Positions 10,233 through 19,504 are shown, numbered from the stretch's first letter. The stretch: 64,000 nt of DNA from an uncultured Chloroflexia bacterium (GCA_963807035.1 CAWEAL010000006.1:81994-145993), one strand, 5' to 3'. Notes: generated from the sequence alone by a model not told the origin. Made by a program: numbers and translations.

Positions 10233-11320
10233 GTGACGACCGAAGCAGCCGAGCCGGCCACCGGCCGAAGGTCGGCGTGGCGCCTCGACGAGCCCCAACG
10301 GGAGCATGGCGCCGCGCTCGGCGATCGAGGTCCTGGTCGACCTCAACGACAAGGTCGACCACCGGCAAGGTCGGCGAGTACCAGCCGATCCCGCTCGGCT
10401 TCACGCCGCTCGACAAGACGATCGGCATCGGGCCTCCGGCGCCGGCGAGCTGCTGCTGATCGGCGGCGCCCAGGGCACCGGCAAGACCACGATGGCCCTC
10501 CAGATGGCGCGCAACGTGGCCTCGGGCGGCCAGGCCAACGTCCTGTACATCTGCTTCGAGCACGACGAGCAGTACCTGCTCAACCGGCTGATCGCCGCGG
10601 AGTCGGCGCTCGCCCACCTGCCCCACAAGACCGGGCGCCATCAAGATCCAGGACGTCCGCAAGGAGATCCTGGGCACCTGGATGGCCGAGGGCGGCGGCG
10701 CACGCCCAGCTGGCCGCCAACCCGCGCCTCCGGCCGTCGCTCGACCGGATCGCCCGCTACGGCCAGAACCTGTTCCTGCTGCGCGGCACGCAGACGGCCA
10801 GCACGGTCGACGGCATCCGCGAGCTCGTCCGCCAGCACCGCGAGCTGTCCGGCGACCGCCGGCTGATGGTGGTCGTCGACTACATGCAGAAGGTGCCGGT
10901 CATCCCCGAGCCGCCGACCGAGACCGAGAAGGTCACCTTCGTGGTCAACGGGCTCAAGGACATCGCCCTGTCCGAGGACGTGCCGATGATCGCGATCGTC
11001 GCCGCGGACAAGGAGGGCCTCAAGGCCGTCGCGGCTGCGCAACTACCACCTGCGCGGCTCGTCGGCGATCAACTACGAGGCCGACATCATCCTGATCCTC
11101 AACGAGAAGTACCAGATCGTCGCCAAGGTCAACATCGAGTTCAACCCGTACCAGGCGCAGCGCTTCCGCGACTGGGTGATCGTCTCGGTGGAGAAGAACC
11201 GCGGCGGCCAGGACAACGGTCGACCTCGAGTTCGAGAAGCACTTCGAGTTCTCCTGCTTCGACCCGAACGGGCGCACGGTGCAGGAGAAGCTGATCGAGG
11301 AGCGGCTCTACAACGACTGA
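10233..11320 (+). CDS. DnaB-helicase C-terminal-domain-like (RecA-fold) ATPase, at least 5 frame changes
   Basis: IPLGFTPLDKTIG..GELLLIGGAQGTGKTTMALQMARNVA (Walker A), MVVVDYMQKV (Walker B-like), VPMIAIVAADKEG, NYEADIILILNEKY and VSVEKNRGGQ are spread over ORFs 10233, 10306, 10166 and 11176, and a last frame ending in LIEERLYND* (TGA at 11318-11320). Confidence 0.75.
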
Positions 11321-11348
11321 GCAGGCCGGCCCGACCGGCTCCTTTCCG

Positions 11349-11852
11349 GCGATCGTCGAGATCGTCGTCGAGATCCCGCGGGGGAGCCGGAACAAGTACG
11401 AGTTCGACGAACGGGCCGGCGTCTTCCGGCTCGACCGGGTCCTGTCGTCGGCGGTCTACTACAACTTCGACTACGGCTTCATCGACGGAACCCGCTCCGA
11501 CGACGGCGACCACACCGACGCCCTGCTCCTGATCGACGAACCGACCTTCACCGGCTGCCGGGTGTGGGGCCGGCCGATCGGCGGGCTCGAGATGCGCGAC
11601 GAGCACGGCCCCGACTTCAAGGTCCTGTGCGTCGCCGTGGGCGATCCGCACCAGGCCCACGTCGAGCGGCTCGACCAGGTCCGGCCGCATCGGCTGGTCG
11701 AGATCGAGCATTTCTTCGACACGTACAAGTTGCTCGAGGAGAAGGCGACCGACGTGCTCGGCTGGCGAGACCGCGACGAGGCCCAGGCAATCCTGCGGAC
11801 CGACCGGCAGCGCTATCTCGACGAGATCGCCGGCACGACCGGACCCGCTTGA
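11349..11852 (+). CDS. ppa: Inorganic pyrophosphatase (family I); the N-terminal start codon is not identifiable
   Basis: Own translation in the frame of ORF 11562..11852 gives AIVEIVVEIPRGSRNKYEFDERAGVFRLDRVLSSAVYYNFDYGFIDGTRSDDGDHTDALLLIDEP...DFKVLCVAV.DP. There is no ATG/GTG/TTG/CTG between the upstream stop (11292-11294) and the conserved core. Confidence 0.85.
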   Translation, partial: AIVEIVVEIPRGSRNKYEFDERAGVFRLDRVLSSAVYYNFDYGFIDGTRSDDGDHTDALLLIDEPTFTGCRVWGRPIGGLEMRDEHGPDFKVLCVAVGDPHQAHVERLDQVRPHRLVEIEHFFDTYKLLEEKATDVLGWRDRDEAQAILRTDRQRYLDEIAGTTGPA

Positions 11853-12499
11853 TCGAGTCGCGCCCTGGCCGGTTCCCGCCGGCCGACGACGAGATCGAAG
11901 GACCGCGCCTGTTCGTCGCGGTGCCCCTCCCCGTCGATGCCGTGGCGGCGGTCGCGGCCCTGGTCGCGGGCATCCGCCTGGCCCCGGAGCCGGCCCCTGG
12001 GGAGCGCCGCGACCGGCAGGATGTCCGCTGGGTGCGCATGGACAGCCTCCACCTGACCCTGCGCTTCCTCGGCCCGACCGACCCGGCCCGGTTGCCCGAC
12101 GCGCGCGCCGCGGTCGTTGACGCCGCGGCCGGCCGGGCTCCGTTCGAGGTGGGCCTGGCCGGCGCCGGCGCGTTCCCCAGCCCGGCCCGGCCGCGCGTGC
12201 TGTGGCTGGGCGTCGGCCGCGGCCTGGCCTCGCTCGAGGCGCTCACGGTCAGCCTCTCCGGCGCCCTCGCCGCGCACGGCTGGCCCCACGACGACCGGCC
12301 GGTTCGGCCGCACCTCACCCTCGCCCGGAGCGACGGGGTCGCCTCTGGCGCAACCGTGGCCGGCCGCCTCCTGGCCGCCGCGGCCGAGCTCGACGTGCGC
12401 TGGATCGCCGATCGCGTCGTCCTGTTCGAGAGCCAGACCGGCGGTGGCCCGGCCCGCTATCTTGCGCACCTTGAAGTTCCGCTCGGCGGGCCCGCCTGA
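11849..12499 (+). CDS. thpR: RNA 2',3'-cyclic phosphodiesterase (2H phosphoesterase, ThpR/LigT)
   Basis: Tail of ORF 11564..12499. RLFVAVPLP leads into two HxTx motifs (HLTLRF and HLTLAR). The TTG at 11849 overlaps the ppa stop (TTGA). Confidence 0.8.
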   Translation: MIESRPGRFPPADDEIEGPRLFVAVPLPVDAVAAVAALVAGIRLAPEPAPGERRDRQDVRWVRMDSLHLTLRFLGPTDPARLPDARAAVVDAAAGRAPFEVGLAGAGAFPSPARPRVLWLGVGRGLASLEALTVSLSGALAAHGWPHDDRPVRPHLTLARSDGVASGATVAGRLLAAAAELDVRWIADRVVLFESQTGGGPARYLAHLEVPLGGPA

Positions 12500-12563
12500 T
12501 CGGCGCGATCCTGCCGGAAGGATCACCCGCGACGAATCGCGCGGCTGGGGGTACGATCCGTTC

Positions 12564-12851
12564 GTGCCCAGACTCGCCTGTCGCTCGTGCGGGCGGCAGA
12601 TCTACACGACGGCTCCGCTCGAGGCGCTGTTCGCCGAGGAGCGCCGCTGCTCGCGCTGCGGCGCGAGCCTGAAGGAAGAGCGCCGCGAGGCGGATCGACG
12701 CGTGCGGATCCGGCGGGTCAACCCGCCCGACGAGCCGGGTCCGCCCGCCGACGCCGAGCGCCGGGTCGATGCTCGCCGGCAGGGAGCGCGGCGCCAGGGT
12801 GGAGCTCGCGCGACGGTCCCGGCAGCCAGCGGACACGGCTGGGTCGACTGA
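12564..12851 (+). CDS. Small zinc-ribbon protein (CxxC...CxxC), hypothetical
   Basis: A GTG at 12564 within ORF 12117..12851 gives VPRLACRSCGRQIYTTAPLEALFAEERRCSRCGASLKEERRE... with an Arg-rich tail. Confidence 0.4.
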   Translation: MPRLACRSCGRQIYTTAPLEALFAEERRCSRCGASLKEERREADRRVRIRRVNPPDEPGPPADAERRVDARRQGARRQGGARATVPAASGHGWVD

Positions 12852-12864
12852 GAGCCGCCGCCGG

Positions 12865-13746
12865 GTGCACGTCGCGATCCTGGGCTTCGGTCTGATCGGT
12901 GGCTCCGTCGCGCGTGGAATCCGGCGCGGCACGGCGAACCCGCCCGGCGGCCACCCGGTCGAGTCGATCACGGCCTGGAGTCCGAGCGGCCGGGGGCCGA
13001 GGGCGGCCCTCGCGGACGGGGTGATCGAGCGCGCCGCGCCGTCGGTCGCGCGGGCGGTCGAAGGCGCCGACCTGGTCGTCCTCGCTGCCGATCCGCTCGC
13101 CTGCCTCGAGCTCCTCGACGCACTCGCCCGGCTGCCCGACGGCGACGACCCGCCCACGATCACCGACGTCGCCAGCACGAAGGTCGTTCTCGGCCGGCGC
13201 GCCGACGCGCTCGGCCTGCGCTACGTCGGCGGCCACCCCCTGGCCGGCCTGGAGACATCGGGTTATCGGAGTGCCCGGGCCGACCTCCTGGCCGGCCGGC
13301 CCTGGGTCCTGTGCCCTGGGGCGCATGCCCGGCCGGTCGACCTCGAACGGACCGAGGCGCTCGTCGCGGCCTGCGGAGCCGAGCTTCGCTGGCTCTCCGC
13401 TCACGAGCACGACCGGGCGGTCGCGGCGATCAGCCACCTGCCCCTCGTCCTCGCCGCGGTGCTGGTCGACAGCGTCGGCCGCGCGAGCGACTGGCCGCTC
13501 GCCTCGAGCCTCGCGGCCGGCGGGTGGTCGAGTGCCACCCGGCTCGCCCGGGGCGATGTCACGATGGGCGCCGGGATCGCCGGCACGAACGCGCAGGAGC
13601 TGGCCCTCCGGTTGCGCTCGATCCAGGCCCGGATCGATGACTGGCTGGCCGACCTCGAGGCCACGCCCGATGATCCGAACGCGATCGCCGCCCGGATGGC
13701 TCCCCGCCTGCGCGCCGCGCGGCGCGCCCTGGACGTCCCGGATTGA
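12865..13746 (+). CDS. tyrA: Prephenate dehydrogenase
   Basis: The GTG at 12865 gives VHVAILGFGLIGGSVARG (a Rossmann GxGxxG). This is followed by ITDVASTK, GGHPLAG and HDRAVAAISHLPLVLA, as in TyrA/PDH. Confidence 0.85.
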   Translation: MHVAILGFGLIGGSVARGIRRGTANPPGGHPVESITAWSPSGRGPRAALADGVIERAAPSVARAVEGADLVVLAADPLACLELLDALARLPDGDDPPTITDVASTKVVLGRRADALGLRYVGGHPLAGLETSGYRSARADLLAGRPWVLCPGAHARPVDLERTEALVAACGAELRWLSAHEHDRAVAAISHLPLVLAAVLVDSVGRASDWPLASSLAAGGWSSATRLARGDVTMGAGIAGTNAQELALRLRSIQARIDDWLADLEATPDDPNAIAARMAPRLRAARRALDVPD

Positions 13747-14345
13747 GCGGAACGACCCTCGAGGCGATCGAGGAGCAGGTCCTGGTCGTGCCCCGCTCGC
13801 GGGTGATCGACGGGGCGGGCTGGCGGGGCGTCCGGACCGGCGAGCCGGCCGACGTCCTCGACCTGCTGATCGCCGAGGGCCGCTTCGAGCCGCGGAGCGC
13901 GGTCGAGTCGGATCCCCGCTGGAAGCAGGTCATCCCGTACCTCGTCATGCGCGACGGATCCGACTACTTCCTGATGCAGCGGACGCGCGAGGGTGCCGAT
14001 GCCCGCCTCCATGACCGGTGGTCGATCGGCATCGGGGGTCACCTCAACCCGGGCGACGGAGGAATCGCCGGCGGGCTCGAACGCGAGTGGCGCGAGGAGA
14101 TCGACGCCGCGTTCGATCCGGAGCCGCGCTTCCTCGGGCTCCTCAACGACGATTCGACCGAGGTCGGCCGGGTCCACCTCGGGGTCGTGTTCGTGGCCGA
14201 CGCGCGGGGCCGGTCAATCGCGATCCGGGAGACGACCAAGCTCCGTGGCAGGTTCGCGACGCAGGCCGAGGTCCGGGCCCGGGCCGACAACCTCGAGAGC
14301 TGGAGTCGGCTCGTCTTCGAACAGCTCGAGACCAGCCCGGCGTAG
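13743..14345 (+). CDS. Nudix-like hydrolase
   Basis: ORF 13743..14345. GIGGHLNPGDGGIAGGLEREWREEIDA resembles the Nudix box GX5EX7REUXEEXGU. It overlaps the tyrA stop. Confidence 0.6.
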   Translation: MSGTTLEAIEEQVLVVPRSRVIDGAGWRGVRTGEPADVLDLLIAEGRFEPRSAVESDPRWKQVIPYLVMRDGSDYFLMQRTREGADARLHDRWSIGIGGHLNPGDGGIAGGLEREWREEIDAAFDPEPRFLGLLNDDSTEVGRVHLGVVFVADARGRSIAIRETTKLRGRFATQAEVRARADNLESWSRLVFEQLETSPA

Positions 14346-14405
14346 CACGGGGGCGCCTATAATCGGCCGATCGAGCCGACCGGCGGCTTGGCACCTGGGG
14401 AGGCG

Positions 14406-15578
14406 ATGGCCGCCAAGATCCTCGTCATCGACGATGACCCGAATGTCCAGCGGCTGCTGACCTACACCCTCAAGCAGGAAGGCTACGACGTCCTCGTCGC
14501 ATCAGACGGCCAGGAGGGGATCCGCCTGTGGTCGGCCGAGGCTCCCGCCCTGATCCTGCTGGACATCATCCTGCCCAAGCTCGACGGCTACCAGGTCGCG
14601 ATGAAGATCCGGGCCGATGAAGGCTCGGGCGCGCACGTTCCGATCATCATGCTCACCGCCGAGCGGGAGGTCGAGCAGAAGGTCAAGGGCCTGCGGGCGG
14701 GTGCCGACGACTGCCTGATCAAGCCGTTCCACCCGGCCGAGCTGCTTGCCCGGATCAAGAGCCTGCTGGCCCGTTTCGCGCCGCGCGACCTGCTCGTCGG
14801 CCGGCCGCCCCTCGGCCGCGTCCTCACCTTCTACGGCGCGAAAGGTGGGGTGGGCACGACGACGATCGCAATCAATGCGGCAATCGCCCTCCATCGCGAG
14901 CTCGGCCGCAAGGTCGTCCTGGTCGACGCGAACCTGCAGTTCGGCGACCACCGGGTCTTCCTCGACCTGGGCCTCGACCGCAAGAGCATCATCGACATCG
15001 TCACGGCACCGACGATCGACGTCGACCTGGTCAAGCAGGTCCTCGTCCATCACGACTCGGGGATCGACCTGCTCCTTGCCCCGCCCTCGCCCGAGACCGC
15101 CGAGCTGGTGACCGAGGAGCACCTGCCCCAGATCCTCGACCACCTCCGGACGCTGTACGACTACGTGATCCTCGACATCGACAAGCGCCTCGACGAGATC
15201 AACCTGAAGATCCTCGACCAGGCCGACCAGTTCTTCGTCGTGATGACCGCCGACCTGTCGTGCTTCAAGAACGTCCGACTCGTGCTCGAGACGATCAGCC
15301 ACCTGGGCGTCGAGCCGGGCAAGGTCCACCTCGTCCTCAACCGCTCGAACGCGTTCACCGGGATCAGCGTGAAGAACGCCGAAGGTGCCCTGAAGCGAAC
15401 GATCGAATTCCAGGTGATCAACGAGTACCGCGGGGCGATCAGCGCCCTGAATAGTGGCGCCCCGTTCATGTACACGAAGGCCAATTCGCCGCTCGGCCGA
15501 TCGCTCCTCGATTTCGGCCGGACGATCGACAAGGCCGCCTCGGGCGGGGCACCCCAGCCGGCCCTCGGCACGCGCTGA
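14406..15578 (+). CDS. Response-regulator receiver domain fused to a ParA/MinD-type ATPase (CpaE/TadZ-like)
   Basis: MAAKILVIDDDPNVQRLL...LILLDIILPKLDGY...KP is the REC domain. It is followed by LTFYGAKGGVGTTTIAINAA (a deviant Walker A) and VVLVDANLQFGD. Confidence 0.85.
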   Translation: MAAKILVIDDDPNVQRLLTYTLKQEGYDVLVASDGQEGIRLWSAEAPALILLDIILPKLDGYQVAMKIRADEGSGAHVPIIMLTAEREVEQKVKGLRAGADDCLIKPFHPAELLARIKSLLARFAPRDLLVGRPPLGRVLTFYGAKGGVGTTTIAINAAIALHRELGRKVVLVDANLQFGDHRVFLDLGLDRKSIIDIVTAPTIDVDLVKQVLVHHDSGIDLLLAPPSPETAELVTEEHLPQILDHLRTLYDYVILDIDKRLDEINLKILDQADQFFVVMTADLSCFKNVRLVLETISHLGVEPGKVHLVLNRSNAFTGISVKNAEGALKRTIEFQVINEYRGAISALNSGAPFMYTKANSPLGRSLLDFGRTIDKAASGGAPQPALGTR

Positions 15579-17572
15579 ACGGCGACCCGGCCCCGGCCGA
15601 GGCGATCCTCGACGGCCTGAACGAGGCCCAGCTCCGGGCGGTCGTGGCCACCTCTGGCCCGGTGGCGATCCTGGCCGGAGCCGGAACCGGCAAGACCCGG
15701 GTGATCAGCCGGCGGACCGCCTACGCGATCGCGACCGGGATCGTTCCTGCCGGCGAGGTCCTGGTGGTGACCTTCACCGACAAGGCCGCCGCGGAGATGG
15801 CCGAACGCCTCCGCAGCCTGCGCCAGCCGACCGTGACCGCCCGGACATTCCACGCCCACGCCCTGTCCCAGCTCCGCCACTTCTGGCCGCTCCGACACGC
15901 CGGCGCCCCGGCCCCGGTGATCCTGGAGTCGAAGTTCCCGATCGTCGGCCGGATCGCCCGCGGCCTGCCCGGCGGGTATCGCTACACGCCGGCCAAGGAC
16001 CTCGCCGGCGAGATCGAATGGGCGAAGAACCGGCGGATCGGGGCGGCGCAGTACGTCGCGGCGGTCCTCGACCTCGGTCGCCAGCCGCCGCTCCCAGTCG
16101 AGCTGATGGCCCGGGTCTACGGCGACTACGAACGGGCGAAGGCGCGGGCCGGTCGGATCGACTTCGAGGACATGCTCGGGGCCACGATCGACCTGCTCGA
16201 GACCGATGCCGAAGCCGCCGCGATCGTCCGGGCGCGCAAGCGCTGGTTCTGCGTCGACGAGTACCAGGACACGAACCCGCTCCAGGAGCGCCTGCTCGGC
16301 CTGTGGGCCGGGGACAGCCGCGACGTGTGCGTGGTCGGCGACGAGGACCAGACGATCTACAGCTTCACCGGCGCGTCGAGCCGCTACCTGCGCGACTTCG
16401 CCCGGACCCATCCCGGGACGACGGTCGTCGAGCTCACCGAGAACTACCGCTCGAGCCCGCAGATCCTGGACCTCGCCAACCGCCTGATCGCCGGTCCCGG
16501 CCGGACGAAGGTTCTCCGCGCGACCCGCCCGGCAGGCCCACCGCCGCAGGTCGTGGCCTATGCCGACGCGGAGGCCGAGCTGGCCGGCCTCGTCACGTCG
16601 ATCCGGGCCCGGCTCGGCGAGGGGATCGCCCCGGCCGGGATCGCCGTCCTCGTCCGGATGAACGCCCAGCTGGCGCCAGTCGAGGCGGCGCTCACGACCG
16701 CCGCGATCCCGTACACCGTCCGCGGTGGGCGCTTCTACGAGCGGGCCGACGTTCGGGTGGCGATCCGGGCGATCGAACGGGCGACGGTCAGCGCGGTCGG
16801 CCCGGAGCTGCCGGCGGCCCTCGAGGCCGTCTTCGTGGCGGGCCTCGGCTACGACCCGGCCGGCAGCCCGAGCGGGCCCGAGGAGCGCGAGCGAGCCGCC
16901 GATCTCGAGGTCCTCCTGGCGATCTCGGCCGAGCTCGCGACCCGGGGACGCCCGACCGTCGATGAGTTCCTGGCCGAGCTGGCCAGGCGCGACGCCGCCG
17001 AACGGGCGAACACCTCGGGCGGCCTGACCCTCTCGACGATCCACCGCGCCAAGGGGCTCGAGTGGGACGCGGTCTTCCTGCCCGGGCTCGAGGAGGGCAA
17101 CCTGCCGATCGGCCAGGCTGCGGGCGATCCGGGGGCGATCGAAGAAGAACGGCGTCTGCTCTACGTGGGGATCACCCGGGCCCGGATGCGGCTCAGCCTG
17201 TCGTGGGCCGCTCGGCGGATCGGTTCGGGTGGACGCGAGGGCGGCCGGCGCAGATCACGGTTCATCGACGACCTCGGGATTCCCGCCCGCGCCGGCGCGC
17301 CGGCTCGACCGGCCGTGGCGACCGGGGCGCGCCGTGACCCGGCGCTTGCCGGGGGTCCGGGTTTCGAGGCGCTCAAGGCGTGGCGGATGGAACGGGCGAG
17401 GGCGGATGGGGTGCCCGCCTACGTCGTCGCCCACGACGCCACGTTGCTGGAGATCGCCGAAACCAGGCCCGGCTCGCTCGACGCGCTCGGACGCGTGAAG
17501 GGGATGGGTCCGGCGAGGATCGAGCGCTACGGCGAGAAGATCCTGGCCGTGCTGGCCGGGTTGCCGGGCTGA
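15575..17572 (+). CDS. UvrD/PcrA/Rep-family SF1 DNA helicase with a C-terminal HRDC domain; the start is uncertain (only CTG is available upstream)
   Basis: The Q motif LNEAQLRAV lies upstream of the ORF-track start (15644). Other motifs: AGAGTGKT, VVTFTDKAAAEM, VDEYQDTNP, VVGDEDQTIYSFTGA, TIHRAKGLEWD, RRLLYVGITRA and the HRDC-like AYVVAHDATLLEIAE...L..V.G.G..K.E.YG. Confidence 0.85.
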   Translation: MNGDPAPAEAILDGLNEAQLRAVVATSGPVAILAGAGTGKTRVISRRTAYAIATGIVPAGEVLVVTFTDKAAAEMAERLRSLRQPTVTARTFHAHALSQLRHFWPLRHAGAPAPVILESKFPIVGRIARGLPGGYRYTPAKDLAGEIEWAKNRRIGAAQYVAAVLDLGRQPPLPVELMARVYGDYERAKARAGRIDFEDMLGATIDLLETDAEAAAIVRARKRWFCVDEYQDTNPLQERLLGLWAGDSRDVCVVGDEDQTIYSFTGASSRYLRDFARTHPGTTVVELTENYRSSPQILDLANRLIAGPGRTKVLRATRPAGPPPQVVAYADAEAELAGLVTSIRARLGEGIAPAGIAVLVRMNAQLAPVEAALTTAAIPYTVRGGRFYERADVRVAIRAIERATVSAVGPELPAALEAVFVAGLGYDPAGSPSGPEERERAADLEVLLAISAELATRGRPTVDEFLAELARRDAAERANTSGGLTLSTIHRAKGLEWDAVFLPGLEEGNLPIGQAAGDPGAIEEERRLLYVGITRARMRLSLSWAARRIGSGGREGGRRRSRFIDDLGIPARAGAPARPAVATGARRDPALAGGPGFEALKAWRMERARADGVPAYVVAHDATLLEIAETRPGSLDALGRVKGMGPARIERYGEKILAVLAGLPG

Positions 17573-17695
17573 GCAGCGGGCCGTGGCGGTCGGCCCCGAC
17601 CGGCTGCGGCTGTCAGGGTGCCCGGTGAGGATCAGACCTCGGTCAGGCCCAGGGAATCGGCAGGCGCCGGGATCGGGACCCGTCTCGTGTGACCG

Positions 17696-18244
17696 TCAGC
17701 GGCCGGTGCGGAACGGCGCGCCATGACCCGGGATGACGATGTCGGCACCGGCCAGGATCCGGGCGCGGCTCGCCTCGAGGACCGCCTGGTCGGGTGCGTA
17801 CGGGTCAAGCTGTGGCGTCCGGTCGGTGCGCCACCAGGCATGGGTCATCGCATACGTGCCGTCGTCGGCCGTGACGATGAGCGAGGCGTCCTGGTCGGTG
17901 TGGCCAGGCGTGACCCACAGCTGGGCCGCCGGCGACAGGTGGAACCCGTCCCCGTCGTGGTCGAGCCACTCGTCCCCGACGTAGCGCGCCCCGAAGTCGA
18001 TGACGTCGGCCAGCGGGAAGAGGGCCACGTTGATCGTGTGATCGGGGTGGTGGTGGCTGATGAAGACGTGGCTGATCGACTCGGGGGCAACGCCCAGGGC
18101 CGTCAGCGGGTCGAGGATCAGCGAGCGGCGGGCGACCATCCCGGGATCGACCACGATCCGGACATCGCCGTCGACGACGAGCACGACACTGCTCGCCACG
18201 CGATCGCCGGCGTAGCCGGCATGGAGGAGGTGGACAGAGGCCAT
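17696..18244 (-). CDS. MBL-fold metallo-hydrolase
   Basis: ORF 17696..18244(-) contains FISHHHPDHT (the HxHxDH motif), TPGHT and IPGHG. Confidence 0.85.
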   Translation of the reverse strand: MASVHLLHAGYAGDRVASSVVLVVDGDVRIVVDPGMVARRSLILDPLTALGVAPESISHVFISHHHPDHTINVALFPLADVIDFGARYVGDEWLDHDGDGFHLSPAAQLWVTPGHTDQDASLIVTADDGTYAMTHAWWRTDRTPQLDPYAPDQAVLEASRARILAGADIVIPGHGAPFRTGR

Positions 18245-18269
18245 GGCGCGATGATACCGGCGCCGAACG

Positions 18270-18845
18270 TCAGAGCGCGCTCCGGCTGATCCGCGAGTTC
18301 GTCAGCTCCTGGTGGAGGCCGCGCAGGCGCCAGGCGAGGACGAGGCTGGTGATCCCGAAGACGATCGCCCAGATTCCGACGATCCACACGAGCGACAGCA
18401 GGCCCGTGCCCGGAAAAGCGACAAGGAGGATCCCGAAGGCGATCGTCAGCAGGCCACCGACGATGAGCCACAGCTCGCCCGCGATCTCGCGCCGCAGGCG
18501 GATCGCGGCAATCACCTGGGCAGCGCCCAGGGCGATCGCCCAGAAGGCGATGATGTAAAGAAGGGACAGGGCGGTCAGCCCGGGCAGGAAGACGGTGACC
18601 ACCGCGACGACCACCCCGAGGATGCCCATCAGGCCGACCGCGACCTGGTGGCCCCGGGTCGTCGGATCGCCCCGGGCGACCGCCAGGAGCAGGCTCAGGC
18701 CATCGATCAGCATGTACGCCGCGAACAGGGTGATGAGGACGACCAGGGTCAGTCCCGGCCATAGGAAAGCCAGGATCCCGAATGCGATTGCGGCGACCCC
18801 CCGGATCTCGACCAGCCACCAGTTGCGGGCGAGCAGACTCAGCAT
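18270..18845 (-). CDS. HdeD/DUF308 family membrane protein
   Basis: The ATG at 18845 gives MLSLLARNWWLVEIRGVAAIAFGILAFLWPG..., with repeated DUF308-type helix pairs. Confidence 0.8.
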   Translation of the reverse strand: MLSLLARNWWLVEIRGVAAIAFGILAFLWPGLTLVVLITLFAAYMLIDGLSLLLAVARGDPTTRGHQVAVGLMGILGVVVAVVTVFLPGLTALSLLYIIAFWAIALGAAQVIAAIRLRREIAGELWLIVGGLLTIAFGILLVAFPGTGLLSLVWIVGIWAIVFGITSLVLAWRLRGLHQELTNSRISRSAL

Positions 18846-19021
18846 CGAACGCCTCCTGCGCTGAGGGTACGCCCACCTCGGTCGGGTCGCCGAGGAACGG
18901 CTCCGGGCTGGCAAGATAGGCGCCGGGCAGGCCGGGGCGCCGGCGGCGACTGGAGGCAGCGGGTGAAGCGGACACGGCTCGAGCGAATACGGTCGGCGGG
19001 CCGGACCACGGCCAGGTTGCG

Positions 19022-19489
19022 ATGCCCGAGCGCGACGTGCCCATGAGACGGCCGGACGACCCGGTCCGTGCCGAGCGGGACGGGTTCGAGATCAGCACCG
19101 ACCGGTCGCGCCTCGATCTCGATTGGCTGATCGCGGCTCTATCTGAGCGGGCGTACTGGGCGATCGGCCGTTCGGCCGAGCTGATCCGCCGCTCGATCGA
19201 CCGATCGACCTGCTACGGCGTCTACCTCGAAGCCCGGCAGGTCGGGATCGCCCGGGTCGTCACCGATGGAGCGACCTTCGCCTGGCTGTGCGACGTGTTC
19301 ATCGACGAGGCCTGGCGGGGCCGGGGCCTGGGGGCGTGGCTGATCGAGACGATCGTGGCCGAGCCCGACCTGGCGGACATCCGCCGGTTCGTCCTGGCGA
19401 CCCGCGACGCGGACGAGCTGTACCGCCGCCACGGTGGATTCGGGGCGCTGCCGAATCCCGAGCGCTGGATGGCCCGGATCCGTCCCTGA
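19022..19489 (+). CDS. GNAT family N-acetyltransferase
   Basis: ARVVTDGATFAWLCDVFIDEAWRGRGLGAWLIE is the acetyl-CoA binding R/Q-x-x-G-x-G/A motif. Confidence 0.8.
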   Translation: MPERDVPMRRPDDPVRAERDGFEISTDRSRLDLDWLIAALSERAYWAIGRSAELIRRSIDRSTCYGVYLEARQVGIARVVTDGATFAWLCDVFIDEAWRGRGLGAWLIETIVAEPDLADIRRFVLATRDADELYRRHGGFGALPNPERWMARIRP

Positions 19490-19504
19490 CGGCCGGCTTG
19501 CCCC

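Noticed and set aside
15161-17044. A 627-aa minus-strand ORF. Similar very long ORFs include 19299..21098(-), 30355..33123(-), 2444..3433(+) and 33298..34566(-).
   Set aside because: They lie antisense to genes with unambiguous family motifs (UvrD, LprAFG lipoprotein/DinB, LuxR-STAND, MFS, cyclase). They have Arg/Pro/Gly-rich low-complexity translations typical of stop-poor antisense frames in high-GC DNA.
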